DNA of 64,000 nt from the NCBI GenBank assembly GCA_963711835.1, contig CAVQFQ010000004.1, positions 224,001 to 288,000 on the forward strand. Reading direction: 5' to 3'. Below the pieces are notes generated by a model. The model saw only the letters and a list, made by a program, of their open reading frames with translations, ran no database searches and was not told the origin of the DNA. Origin of the DNA: an uncultured delta proteobacterium. Lineage in GTDB: Bacteria > Desulfobacterota > RBG-13-43-22. Of the stretch, positions 11,693 through 21,076 are shown piece by piece. The position numbers and the translations under genes are program-made. Numbering within the stretch: position 1 is the stretch's first letter; each line of letters begins with the position of its first letter.

Positions 11693-11696
11693 TACC

Positions 11697-12185
11697 ATGA
11701 TCCAAACCGGTATTCTTACCATCAGCGACAAAGGCTCTCAGGGACTCCGCCGGGATCGAGGGGGGCCTGCCCTTAAAGCCCTGCTCCCCCCCGACCTCTA
11801 CCAGGTTCAGATGGCGAGCGTCGTTCCCGATGAGATCGCTTCTATTGTGGAGGTCCTGGTCGCCTGGACGGATCAAAGGCATCTGGACTTGATCCTGACC
11901 ACCGGCGGTACCGGTTTAAGTCCCAGAGACATTACCCCTGAAGCCACGGAGCGCATCTTAGAGAGGGAAATCCCCGGAATGGCCGAGGCCATGCGGCAGG
12001 AAGGCCTTAAATACACCCCCCTGGCCCAGCTCTCCCGGGCCAAGGCCGGACAGAGAGGCAACACCCTGATTATCAATCTTCCCGGCAGCCTTAAGGCCAT
12101 CCAGGAGATGCTGCCGGTAGTGCTGCCGGTTATCCCTCATGCCTTGGAGAAGATTAAGGGGTCTCAGGAGGATTGCGGGGTATAA
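11697..12185 (+). CDS. mog: Molybdopterin adenylyltransferase (Mog/MoaB family)
   Basis: ILTISDKG, LTTGGTGLSPRDITPEAT, INLPGS. Confidence 0.9.
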   Translation: MIQTGILTISDKGSQGLRRDRGGPALKALLPPDLYQVQMASVVPDEIASIVEVLVAWTDQRHLDLILTTGGTGLSPRDITPEATERILEREIPGMAEAMRQEGLKYTPLAQLSRAKAGQRGNTLIINLPGSLKAIQEMLPVVLPVIPHALEKIKGSQEDCGV

Positions 12186-12648
12186 CCCCCCATTCTTCCA
12201 GGGTTCGGATCATATTGCGGACATGGGTCCCGGCCCAATAAAACCTTTTGCACCCGGGGCACCAATTAAATCGAGGCTGGGTTTGTAACACATAGGGCGG
12301 GATTTCCGGCCAAAGCCGAAAAACCTCTTCCGGGGTCAGCGGACTCAGCAGGCTGTTACAGCCCAAACAGCGTGTAAACATCCGAGTCCGATCCGGTTCA
12401 ATCCCCAGGATGGAAAAAAATTCCTTGAGCAGTTCTTCCCGGTTGGAAGCAGAAAGGGTCAGGACTTCCGCCCCCTGAAGGGCCAGGGGATAACGGGACC
12501 ATTGGACCACCCGGTCCACAGCCAGGCCGGATTTTTCGGTTCCGGTCAGGAGCCGCACATCCATTCCCAGGACCCGCAGCCACTGGACCAGAAAAGCCAG
12601 ATGCGGGGCTATCCAGAAAGGCCCCTCTAAGGATCGCTCCCGGGCCAT
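12154..12648 (-). CDS. Mut7-C RNase-domain protein with zinc ribbon
   Basis: WLRVLGMD, FTRCLGCN, CPGCKRFYWAGTH. Confidence 0.75.
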   Translation of the reverse strand: MARERSLEGPFWIAPHLAFLVQWLRVLGMDVRLLTGTEKSGLAVDRVVQWSRYPLALQGAEVLTLSASNREELLKEFFSILGIEPDRTRMFTRCLGCNSLLSPLTPEEVFRLWPEIPPYVLQTQPRFNWCPGCKRFYWAGTHVRNMIRTLEEWGVIPRNPPETP

Positions 12649-12690
12649 GTCAAAAATTCTTCACCCAGGTCGGGGCGGACAATCAAACTC

Positions 12691-13446
12691 TCAAAACGTA
12701 GCCGTCATCTCCCTTTCCCCTGTTCCATCTTCCAACTCTATTTGAAAAGGAACCGGATTCCCCGCCAGATTGGAAAAATCGGAAAAGGTGATTAGGACCT
12801 CCTCCCCCGATCGGGGATCCTGGATCCGCGTCCGGGCAATCAGAAAGGGACGGGCTTCAACCCAGATATCCTGCCTCTGCTCTCCCCGGAGGCTGATCTT
12901 GATCAGTCTTCGGCCTTTTTCAGATACCGCCGCCGTCTCCCGGGCCTGAAAAGGGATCAAGGGGACGCGCCCCCAGAGAATTTTCAGGACCTCCGGCCAT
13001 TGCCGATCCGACAGAGGGCCGAACGGCCCGGCCGCCATCCGGCCGAAAGGGATCTCCTTTTTTTCTGAAATGGAAAACAGGCGCAGGCGCCCTTGAGAGG
13101 AAAAAAGGTAAAGTAGGGGCCTGCCGAAGGGATCATTCAATTCCAGGCGCAGGGCCTCCGGTCCACGGGCCAGAAGCCGGAAGCCCAGGCGGTACCGCTC
13201 ACCCGGGGCTTTAAGGATCAGGAAGCCCGCTCCTTCCCGGCCGGTCGGTTCAGCGGCCTGATTGGCCTGCTCCGAGAGGAACTGCGGATCGTCGCTCTCC
13301 CGGTTTGTCGGGGCGCGAGAGGATTCCGCCTGGGACAGCGCCCCGCTGGAGCAGGCCGGATTTGGAAAAAGCTGCGGGCCTAATAACAACCCGAAGCAGC
13401 AGAGCTTAATACAGGTTCGGATAATCTCCAATCGCTTTTTCTTCAT
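12691..13446 (-). CDS. Exported LolB/LolA-fold-like protein, probably frameshifted near its 3' end
   Basis: Hydrophobic N-terminus, LRLELNDPFGRP motif, position after a TPR lipoprotein. Removing one base near 12702 extends it as MTLRFESLIVRPDLGEEFLTWP. Confidence 0.5.
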   Translation of the reverse strand: MKKKRLEIIRTCIKLCCFGLLLGPQLFPNPACSSGALSQAESSRAPTNRESDDPQFLSEQANQAAEPTGREGAGFLILKAPGERYRLGFRLLARGPEALRLELNDPFGRPLLYLFSSQGRLRLFSISEKKEIPFGRMAAGPFGPLSDRQWPEVLKILWGRVPLIPFQARETAAVSEKGRRLIKISLRGEQRQDIWVEARPFLIARTRIQDPRSGEEVLITFSDFSNLAGNPVPFQIELEDGTGEREMTATF

Positions 13447-15262
13447 CGACCTTTTGCTGCGCCTCTTTGATCTTTTTAAGGACGGCCTCTTTATCTTTAT
13501 TGGGCGGTATCAGTTCCAACACGCGCCGGTAGGTCTTCAAGGCCTTTTCCCAATTGTTTTTTTTCCCAAAGGCATCCCCCAAATGTTCTCCAACGACCGG
13601 GTCGTTGGGAGCCAGTTTCCAGGCCTTTTCCAATTCAATCAGGGCTTCATCGTATTTTTTCTTTTTAAAATAAACCCAGCCCAGACTGTCCAGAATAAAA
13701 CCGTCATTAGGACGAAATTTTAAGGCCCGTTTGATCAAAGTCTCGGCCTCATCGAGGTTACTCCCCCTTTCGGCGTAGGTGTAGCCCAAGTAGTTCAAGG
13801 CCTGCACATGAAAAGGGTCCTTCTTGACGGCCGTCTTTAATTGGGTGAGGCTTTCTTTTTTCTGGCCCATCTTGTCCAGGAGGGCCCCCAGCCTGAAATA
13901 CAGTTCGGCCAGGTCGGGATCCATTTCGATCCCTTCCAGAAGGATCTTCTTGCTTTCCTGTAAATGGTTATCCTGCTCGTAAAGCGAGGCCAGCGCCAGA
14001 TATAATTCGATCTTTTTAGGCATCATCATCAAGGCGCTCTGCAGCAATTGGATGGCCTCTTTGATCTTTTTTTCTTTCTCGAGGATATAGGACTGCAAGA
14101 TCAGGGATTGGGGATAATAATCCGAAGGGCGGGAGATAGACTGTAAAAGCTCTTCGGCCTTTCCATACTGCCGCTGTTCGATCCAGGTATTGGCTAAAAA
14201 ATATTTGACCCGGTCCTCCGCCGGTCTTTCCGCCAGCAATTCACTGAATTCGGAGGCGGCCTGGTCAAACCGTTTATTCTCCAGATAAATGATCCCGATA
14301 CGAAACCGGGTATCAAAATCCCGGCCGGCATTTTTCTTCAGGGCTTGAAGGAGTTCATGGCCCGCTTCGAACCTGCCCTGCTTCAGATATTGGTCGCCGG
14401 CCTTTTCCTGGGCCTCCAGATTCCCGGGATTGATCTGGAGGACCTTCTGGTAAATGGTTAGGGCCTGCTTGGGCTGCTCGGTGATATCAAAGAGGGTTCC
14501 CAAGCCTAAGTAGGCATTTTCATGATTGGGGTTGATCTTGATGGTCTCCTGGAAATGGTGCCGGGCCCGATCGTATTGCTTCAGATCCTGATGGATTTTA
14601 GCCAGGAAATAATGTCCTTTTTCAGAATTGGGATTGACGGTAACGAGCTTCTGAAATTGCTCCAGGCCCTGGGTCGTCTTCTTCAGTTGAAGATACAATA
14701 CCCCCAGGTTAAAGAGTATTTCCTCGTCCAGGGGATTAAGGGCGGCTAATTTCTGATAGGCCTCCAGGGCTCCTTCCCATCGGCCCTGGGAAATAAGAAT
14801 CTCGGCCAGCAGGAAATAGCCGTCCTGGAATTTGGGATCCAATTCCAGGGCCCGCCGGACATGCTCCAGGGCCTCGGGGATTTGTTGGGTCTTGATATAA
14901 AGACGGGCCAGGCTGAATTCCAGACCGGGGGAATCCGGCTTCAGGGCCAGGGCCTTTTGAACCTCCTCCAGGGCCTGGCCCTCCTGGTCATTTTCGGCGT
15001 AGAGATTTCCCAAAATGAAATGATAGTAGGCCCGGGCCTGTTTGTCCTCGGATCGCGGCAGGGTCAAGGTTCCTTCTGAAAAGGGCTTCAGGTCCTCACC
15101 CCGGATCCGGGAAACGCTACCCTGGCAACCCGCCAGGCTGAGGCCCGCCAGAATAAAAAGAAGGATTCCGAAGAAGCAATGGAAGGACGGGAAATTCTTT
15201 TCAGTTAGGGAAAGGAAGGAACCCCGCCGCCCTGCTTCCCGAGCGGATCTATCGGCTCTCAT
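13406..15262 (-). CDS. Tetratricopeptide-repeat lipoprotein
   Basis: Lipobox LAGC, many TPR units, ALNYLGYTYA...ILDSLGWVYF...EHLGDA C-terminal pattern; start uncertain. Confidence 0.85.
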   Translation of the reverse strand: MRADRSAREAGRRGSFLSLTEKNFPSFHCFFGILLFILAGLSLAGCQGSVSRIRGEDLKPFSEGTLTLPRSEDKQARAYYHFILGNLYAENDQEGQALEEVQKALALKPDSPGLEFSLARLYIKTQQIPEALEHVRRALELDPKFQDGYFLLAEILISQGRWEGALEAYQKLAALNPLDEEILFNLGVLYLQLKKTTQGLEQFQKLVTVNPNSEKGHYFLAKIHQDLKQYDRARHHFQETIKINPNHENAYLGLGTLFDITEQPKQALTIYQKVLQINPGNLEAQEKAGDQYLKQGRFEAGHELLQALKKNAGRDFDTRFRIGIIYLENKRFDQAASEFSELLAERPAEDRVKYFLANTWIEQRQYGKAEELLQSISRPSDYYPQSLILQSYILEKEKKIKEAIQLLQSALMMMPKKIELYLALASLYEQDNHLQESKKILLEGIEMDPDLAELYFRLGALLDKMGQKKESLTQLKTAVKKDPFHVQALNYLGYTYAERGSNLDEAETLIKRALKFRPNDGFILDSLGWVYFKKKKYDEALIELEKAWKLAPNDPVVGEHLGDAFGKKNNWEKALKTYRRVLELIPPNKDKEAVLKKIKEAQQKVDEEKAIGDYPNLY

Positions 15263-16196
15263 AAAGATAATCGGCTTTCAGGTCCGGCAATTCCTTCTCC
15301 AGGTAGGCCTTGACTTTAGTCAAGAGCTTTTCTTCCAGTTGCCGGATCCGTTCCCGCGAGACCCCGAAATGATCCCCCAATTCCTGAAGGGTCAAGGGGT
15401 CTTCGGTCAGGATCCTTTTGTTGAAAATCTCTTTTTCCCGGGGAGTTAATTCTTTCTGAAAAGAGTCCAACTTGGATTTCAGGATTTCACCCAGCTCCTG
15501 CCGGCTCAAGAGGGCTTCGGGAGACGGCTCCTTGTCGGGCAAAAAGGCTTTATGATCCTCGCTGGAGTTCTCGCTGATGGGGGCGTCCAGGGAAAGTTCC
15601 CATTCTCCCAAGCGCTGGTCCATCTCGATTACCTCCCGTTCGGTCACCGAAAACTTTTCCGAGAGCAGTTTCGGAGCCGGATCGATGCCCATGGCCAGCA
15701 AGCGGCCCTTCTCCTTTTTAAGATTATAAAAAAGTTTCCGCTGGGCCTGGGTGGTCCCGATTTTAACCAGCTTCCAGTTGTCCATAATGAACTTGAGGAT
15801 ATAGGCCTTGATCCAGAAAGAAGCATAGTAGGAAAGCTTGATGCCCCGGAAGGGATCGAACTTTTTAATGGCCTGCATCAGCCCGATATTCCCTTCCTGG
15901 ATGAGATCCAGCAGGTTCTGCATCCAGTAGCGTTGAAAGTCCATGGCGATTTTTACCACCAGACGCAGATTGGAGGTGATTAATTTATAGGCCAGTTCGG
16001 TATCCTGGGTTTTATGATACTGGAACAGGAGCTCTTTTTCCTCTTGGGGAGTAAGGAGGGGGTAACGGTTGATCTCGGTCAGATACCGTTGCAGAGGATC
16101 ATAGGGGATTACCTGGGCCTTCGGATCTTTCGTCTCCGGCGGTCCCTCTTCCTCAATCGTTGACGGCCCTGGCTCTACGGGAATGGAGGATTTCAT
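15249..16196 (-). CDS. rpoH: RNA polymerase sigma factor, RpoH (sigma-32)-like
   Basis: SNLRLVVKIA, DLIQEGNIGLM, RpoH-box-like QAQRKLFYNL, GVSRERIRQLE. Confidence 0.85.
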   Translation of the reverse strand: MKSSIPVEPGPSTIEEEGPPETKDPKAQVIPYDPLQRYLTEINRYPLLTPQEEKELLFQYHKTQDTELAYKLITSNLRLVVKIAMDFQRYWMQNLLDLIQEGNIGLMQAIKKFDPFRGIKLSYYASFWIKAYILKFIMDNWKLVKIGTTQAQRKLFYNLKKEKGRLLAMGIDPAPKLLSEKFSVTEREVIEMDQRLGEWELSLDAPISENSSEDHKAFLPDKEPSPEALLSRQELGEILKSKLDSFQKELTPREKEIFNKRILTEDPLTLQELGDHFGVSRERIRQLEEKLLTKVKAYLEKELPDLKADYLYESR

Positions 16197-16205
16197 CTCC
16201 CGGGG

Positions 16206-16652
16206 TTAATCCAAAAAATCCCTGTCGTAGATGGATTCCAAACGATATTTGTGTTGGGCCTCTTGCTCGGCCAAAAAGGCGAATAATTTTTTATGCTCCG
16301 GAACTTCGGCTTTGATTTCCCAGGCCCGATAAAATTTGAGCGATTTCTCTTCGTTCTTCATGGCCAGAATCATCACATCTTGGTATTTCATCTCCTTTTG
16401 GAAGGTAAGGTCCATCATATAATCACTGATTTTCAGGTCCGGAACAGCTCCCCCGGATTCCGGGACAGAAGCCGCGTCGCGGAATGCTTCCAGGAGCCGC
16501 TGGTGCTTTTCCTCTTCCTGAACCATCTCCATAAAAAGGGCCGGGATCCCTGCATATTGGGAAAGGGCCGAGGCGGCCCGGTAAAAGGCCTGGGCGTCCT
16601 TTTCTTTATCAATGGCAAACCGAATGATTTCTTTAAATGAACTTAGGGACAT
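16206..16652 (-). CDS. Rubrerythrin/ferritin-like diiron protein
   Basis: Two repeats of AxxxExxxxxFY...ExxH. Confidence 0.8.
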   Translation of the reverse strand: MSLSSFKEIIRFAIDKEKDAQAFYRAASALSQYAGIPALFMEMVQEEEKHQRLLEAFRDAASVPESGGAVPDLKISDYMMDLTFQKEMKYQDVMILAMKNEEKSLKFYRAWEIKAEVPEHKKLFAFLAEQEAQHKYRLESIYDRDFLD

Positions 16653-16745
16653 AGCAACCTCGCAGCGAATAAGTTATCCAAATTTTAATGTACTTAGCGC
16701 TGTCTTTGATGTCAAGGAATAAAAAAATGGAAGGGTCGGGTTCGA

Positions 16746-18029
16746 CTATTCCCAGACCCGTTTATCCTCAATCTTCTTGGCCCCTTTGGGTAACGACCCT
16801 TTGGGCAGGAACTGCACTTCTCCCCGGATACGCAGGATTTCCTGCAGGGTTTTTTTAACCTCTTCCAGCAGCTTCCTGGGATCGGGGCAGATTTCCGACA
16901 ACTCCGCCCGCAGGGTCATCCTGTCCTGGTGCCCTTCCCGGGTCACCACCACCTGACAGGCGCAGATCTCCGGGAACTTCTGGACCACCAGATCCACCAA
17001 ACCGGGATGGATGAACATCCCCTTGACCTTGGTAACCTGGTCCACCCGGCCTACAATCTTGATCAGTCGGGGGGAAGTCCGGCCGCAGGGGCAGGGTTCA
17101 TCACTAAAGTAGGACAAATCCCCGCTCCCAAAGCGGATCAGGGGATAAACTTTATTGAAACAGGTGCCGACCACTTCCCCGACTTCTCCGGGTCCTAATT
17201 GCCGGCCGGTATGGGGATCCACGATCTCAACAATGCAGTCATCCGGAAAATGCATCCCGTTTTTCTCGATGCACTCGAAACCCAGGCAGCCGACATCGGC
17301 GGTGCCGTAACTCTGCCGGATAATAAGGCCCGCTTCCGCTTCCAGGCTGTCCCGCAGGGATTCGGGAAGCATCTCGGCGGCCACAAAAGCCACCTTGAGG
17401 GCCAGGTCTTTTTTAGGATTAAAGCCCATTTCCTTGGCCTTCTGAACGGCCGCAAACAGGAAACTCGGGGTCCCCAGGAAGCCGGTCACTTTCAAATCCT
17501 TCAGGATTTGAACCTGAAGTTCCGTGTTGCCCACCCCGGTCGGGATGGTTCGGCAGCCCAGCATGGTCAAGGAGGAATCCAGCATAAAAGCAAAAGGCAC
17601 CATATGAAAGTTAAAGGTGATCTGGCAGATATCACCGGCTCGAAAGCCGCCGGCATAAAGGCCCTGGGCCCAGCGGGGGTCGTCATAGACCATCTCTCCC
17701 GGTTCATAGATGGGTCCGGGGGAGACAAAGAGGCGCCGCAACTCTTCGGGAGGAACCCCGTTAAATCCCCCGAAGGGGGGGCTTTTTTTCTGCATGCCGA
17801 CCAGATCGGCCTTCTCCGTAATGGCCAGTTTCTCAAGGTCCCTGACGGTCTTGAGGTCGGCCGGCTTGACCTTGGCCCGTTCTAACTTTTTCCGGATGGC
17901 CGGGGCCTTCTCATAGGCATAAGCGACGATCTGTCTTAATTTCTTGTTTTGAAACTGGCGGCGTTCCGAAGCCGTCATAGTTTCCTGCTTGGAAAAATAA
18001 CCGGAGTAGCGATCCTTTTTGGTTACCAT
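16746..18029 (-). CDS. Phenylacetate-CoA ligase family protein
   Basis: FVSPGPIYEP, GVGNTELQ, YGTADVG, YPLIRFGSGD, GRVDQVTKVKGMF. Confidence 0.85.
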   Translation of the reverse strand: MVTKKDRYSGYFSKQETMTASERRQFQNKKLRQIVAYAYEKAPAIRKKLERAKVKPADLKTVRDLEKLAITEKADLVGMQKKSPPFGGFNGVPPEELRRLFVSPGPIYEPGEMVYDDPRWAQGLYAGGFRAGDICQITFNFHMVPFAFMLDSSLTMLGCRTIPTGVGNTELQVQILKDLKVTGFLGTPSFLFAAVQKAKEMGFNPKKDLALKVAFVAAEMLPESLRDSLEAEAGLIIRQSYGTADVGCLGFECIEKNGMHFPDDCIVEIVDPHTGRQLGPGEVGEVVGTCFNKVYPLIRFGSGDLSYFSDEPCPCGRTSPRLIKIVGRVDQVTKVKGMFIHPGLVDLVVQKFPEICACQVVVTREGHQDRMTLRAELSEICPDPRKLLEEVKKTLQEILRIRGEVQFLPKGSLPKGAKKIEDKRVWE

Positions 18030-18088
18030 GGTTCCTCCATTAGATTCTTGAACATTACCGTCTTAAAGGTGACCTCTAACTTTCCAAT

Positions 18089-18124
18089 AAAAAAAAGGGG
18101 CCAGCTTGGAAAGTCTGGCCCCTA
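18089..18124 (-). terminator. Rho-independent terminator
   Basis: On the minus strand: aggggccag-actttccaag-ctggcccct followed by a T tract. Confidence 0.75.
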
Positions 18125-18144
18125 TGGTTGGAGATTAAATCATC

Positions 18145-18813
18145 TTATGGTTTGGTTGGAAAGGTCCCCTCAAAAGGAATATACATCGCCTTTCCATCCG
18201 GTCCCTGGATATTGGCCGTTCCATTGACGGTAATGGGGAAAGTAAAATCGGAGATCCCTTCCCACCATTTCTTCAACAGCTCAGCAGGGGTGGTATTCAT
18301 TTCCTTGACCCGAAACCCTCCAGTTACGCCCAGGACCATGTTGGCTGAAGTAGGATCAATGGTGACAAAATACCTGAACTGATCGGTGGTCTTGCCCGGG
18401 ATGTAATTGTCTTCGAAAAACATAACCGTGTTCAGTTCAAAGCCATCAAAGGCCACGGTAAACTTGAAATCGTCCAGCATGATTTTAAAGTTATTGGGGT
18501 TTTGGATAGAATAGACAAAGGACAGGACCAAAGGCGCCCCCCTTCTTTTAGCCGTTAATTTTCCTTCATTATCCAAAATGCCGTCTGAATAGTAACCCCA
18601 GTAGGCGGCGATATCCACACGCTCCAGTTTGATTACCGGGGCCTTGACCGCCCCCATCTTCACAGCCATTCCTTTGCCCATAGCGGCCTTGGGAGCCGGT
18701 TTTCCGGCAGCTGCAGCCGGGGCAGCGGCCTTTTCTTCGGCCGCCAGGCAGGGTAAGGCCACCAGTCCAATAACTCCCACAAGTAAAACCAATAAGAGCA
18801 GTGCTTTTCTCAT
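18145..18813 (-). CDS. Exported protein with LEA_2/WHy-like region
   Basis: Signal peptide, Ala/Pro/Lys linker, IQNPNNFKIMLDDFKFTVAFDG with the NPN motif; RBS gggagg upstream. Confidence 0.6.
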   Translation of the reverse strand: MRKALLLLVLLVGVIGLVALPCLAAEEKAAAPAAAAGKPAPKAAMGKGMAVKMGAVKAPVIKLERVDIAAYWGYYSDGILDNEGKLTAKRRGAPLVLSFVYSIQNPNNFKIMLDDFKFTVAFDGFELNTVMFFEDNYIPGKTTDQFRYFVTIDPTSANMVLGVTGGFRVKEMNTTPAELLKKWWEGISDFTFPITVNGTANIQGPDGKAMYIPFEGTFPTKP

Positions 18814-18824
18814 AGATTCCTCCC

Positions 18825-19634
18825 TTAAGTTAACCAACGTTTGCGTCGTTTGTAGTGTTTGACATCCCGGAAACTCTTGCGGGTTCCCAGGTCGGTCAGG
18901 CCGAGGTAGAAGTCTTTGATATCGGGGTTCTCCGATAATTTCTCGGCCGTATCATCCATGACGATCCGGCCGGTCTCCATCACGTAGGCGTAAGGAGCCA
19001 CGCTTAAAGCCAGTTTGGCGTTCTGCTCTACCAAGAGGATGGCGATCTTGGACTCCTGATGCAGCCGGGTAATGATGTTAAAAATTTCCCGGATGAGCAT
19101 GGGAGCCAGTCCCATGGAAGGTTCGTCTAGAAGCATCAGTTTGGGATTGGCCATCAGGGCCCGCCCGACCACGGTCATCTGCTGCTCACCGCCGCTGATA
19201 AAGCCGGCCGTCTCCGCGCGCTTTTCCTTGAGACGGGGGAAATAGTGATAAACCATTTCCAGCCCCTCTCTAACCGCACTTCTTTTCCGGCGCAGATGAG
19301 CCCCCACGACCAGGTTTTGCTCCACCGTCAGATGCTCAAAGACCCGGCGTCCTTCGATAACCTGGACGATTCCGGACTTGGCGACTTCTTCGGCATTCTT
19401 CCGGTCGATCCGCTCGCCCATAAACATGATATTGCCGTCGGAAACCTTGCCGTCCTCATGCTTGAGCAGTCCTGAAATGGCCTTGAGGGTGGTACTCTTT
19501 CCGGCCCCATTGGCCCCCAGGAGGGCCACAATCCCGCCCTGGGGAACTTCGATGGAAACCCCCTTCAGGACCAGAATAACCTCATGGTATTTGACTTCAA
19601 TGCTGTTGATCTTAAGAATCGGTTCCTCTGCCAA
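18825..19634 (-). CDS. LIV-type ABC transporter ATP-binding protein (LivF-like)
   Basis: GANGAGKST, ISGGEQQM, LLDEPSMGLAP. Confidence 0.92.
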   Translation of the reverse strand: MAEEPILKINSIEVKYHEVILVLKGVSIEVPQGGIVALLGANGAGKSTTLKAISGLLKHEDGKVSDGNIMFMGERIDRKNAEEVAKSGIVQVIEGRRVFEHLTVEQNLVVGAHLRRKRSAVREGLEMVYHYFPRLKEKRAETAGFISGGEQQMTVVGRALMANPKLMLLDEPSMGLAPMLIREIFNIITRLHQESKIAILLVEQNAKLALSVAPYAYVMETGRIVMDDTAEKLSENPDIKDFYLGLTDLGTRKSFRDVKHYKRRKRWLT

Positions 19635-19738
19635 CGACCTTACCTCCTTGGAAAAATTCAGCGGTCAGCCTCCGGCCTTCAGTCAAAACCTTGTTGCTGA
19701 GTTTTTCGCCGAACGCCGAACGCTGAACGTTTATTATT

Positions 19739-20989
19739 CTACCAGCCCAACCATTCCTTCTCCCATTTGTCCGGCCAGCGTTTCTTTAAATCAGGGGTGT
19801 CCACCAGGACAAATTTGCCTTTTTCAATCTTGAAAATTGGGCAGGCAGTGGTCGGACGATGGTCTGTAGGCGAAAAGGTTGCCGGGGCCGACCCTACTCC
19901 GAACTCCTTGTTTTTGAAGGTTTCCATGGCCTTCATGATGCCTTCACCGGTTAACTTGCCCTGCTTGTCGGCGATCTTCATGGCATCGGCCAGCAGAATG
20001 ACAGCTCCCCAGGCCTGCACGGTCCGGATCAGGCGTTTAGTGGCCGGAACCCCGGGGTTGACCTTTTTGGCATAGGCCATGATCTTATCCATCATCGGGG
20101 CCTTGCCGCCGAAAAAGGCGCAGGGAGCGGCTCCCATAACCCCTTCGGAGGCCGGTCCGCCTAAACGGGGCAGATTTTCATCGAATCCCCAGTTATTGAC
20201 GATATGGTCGGCCCCCAGACCTAAAGAATAGGCATCCCGCAGGGCCGTGGCCACGGACATGGTGGTATTGCCGTGCCAGACCAGGTCGGGTTTGAATTGC
20301 TTGGCTCCCAGGACCTGGCTCTTGGCATCCAGGGCGAAAAGGGAAACGTCCTGATCCGAACCCACTTCAAAACCTAATATGGCGGCCTGGTCCTTGATGG
20401 CCTTGATGGGGGCGCTGCAATAAGGAGAGGCAAACATATAAAAGCATACGAATCTGGGTTTTTCACCCTTATCTCTCCGTTCCTTAAACCTGGCATCCTT
20501 CTTCCAGACATTGTCAAACCAGGCCGTTATGGCCGCCCGGGCATTGGTGGAGTAATCGGAGCAGAAAAAGAGGTTATAAGGCGTTTTTTTAGGATCGGTC
20601 AGGTGCCCGGAATAGGAAGCCGAGACATAGGGCATCTTATCTTTGGTAACGGTCGGGGAAAGGGCTTCCGTGTCCCCGGTACCCCAGCCCAGGACCGCCA
20701 CGACCTTATCGAAATCCCGGAAACGCTTGTAGGTGGTTACCGCTTCCGGAATCCGGTAGCCATAGTCGTATTGAAACAATTTGATTTTTTTGCCGTTAAT
20801 TCCGCCGGTGTCATTCACATAGGCAATGGCCTCGGCAATGCCCAGGGCGTAATCCTTGCCCACGTCGGCCGTGGCGCCGGTCATATCGTTAATCGCGCCG
20901 ACCCGGATTTCCCCCTGGGCCCAGACCAGCCCGGCCACCCCAAAACTCATCATTACGGCCATCAGCCAAAACAAACCTTTTTTCCTCAT
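19739..20989 (-). CDS. LIV-type ABC transporter substrate-binding protein
   Basis: Signal peptide MRKKGLFW..., DMTGATADVG, GGINGKKI. Confidence 0.88.
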   Translation of the reverse strand: MRKKGLFWLMAVMMSFGVAGLVWAQGEIRVGAINDMTGATADVGKDYALGIAEAIAYVNDTGGINGKKIKLFQYDYGYRIPEAVTTYKRFRDFDKVVAVLGWGTGDTEALSPTVTKDKMPYVSASYSGHLTDPKKTPYNLFFCSDYSTNARAAITAWFDNVWKKDARFKERRDKGEKPRFVCFYMFASPYCSAPIKAIKDQAAILGFEVGSDQDVSLFALDAKSQVLGAKQFKPDLVWHGNTTMSVATALRDAYSLGLGADHIVNNWGFDENLPRLGGPASEGVMGAAPCAFFGGKAPMMDKIMAYAKKVNPGVPATKRLIRTVQAWGAVILLADAMKIADKQGKLTGEGIMKAMETFKNKEFGVGSAPATFSPTDHRPTTACPIFKIEKGKFVLVDTPDLKKRWPDKWEKEWLGW

Positions 20990-21076
20990 AATTGGTTCCT
21001 CCCTCTTAAGATATGCAATAGGATTTATCAACACCTCAGATCTCGGGCCTTAGGCACTACCAAGCATCACCTCCTT

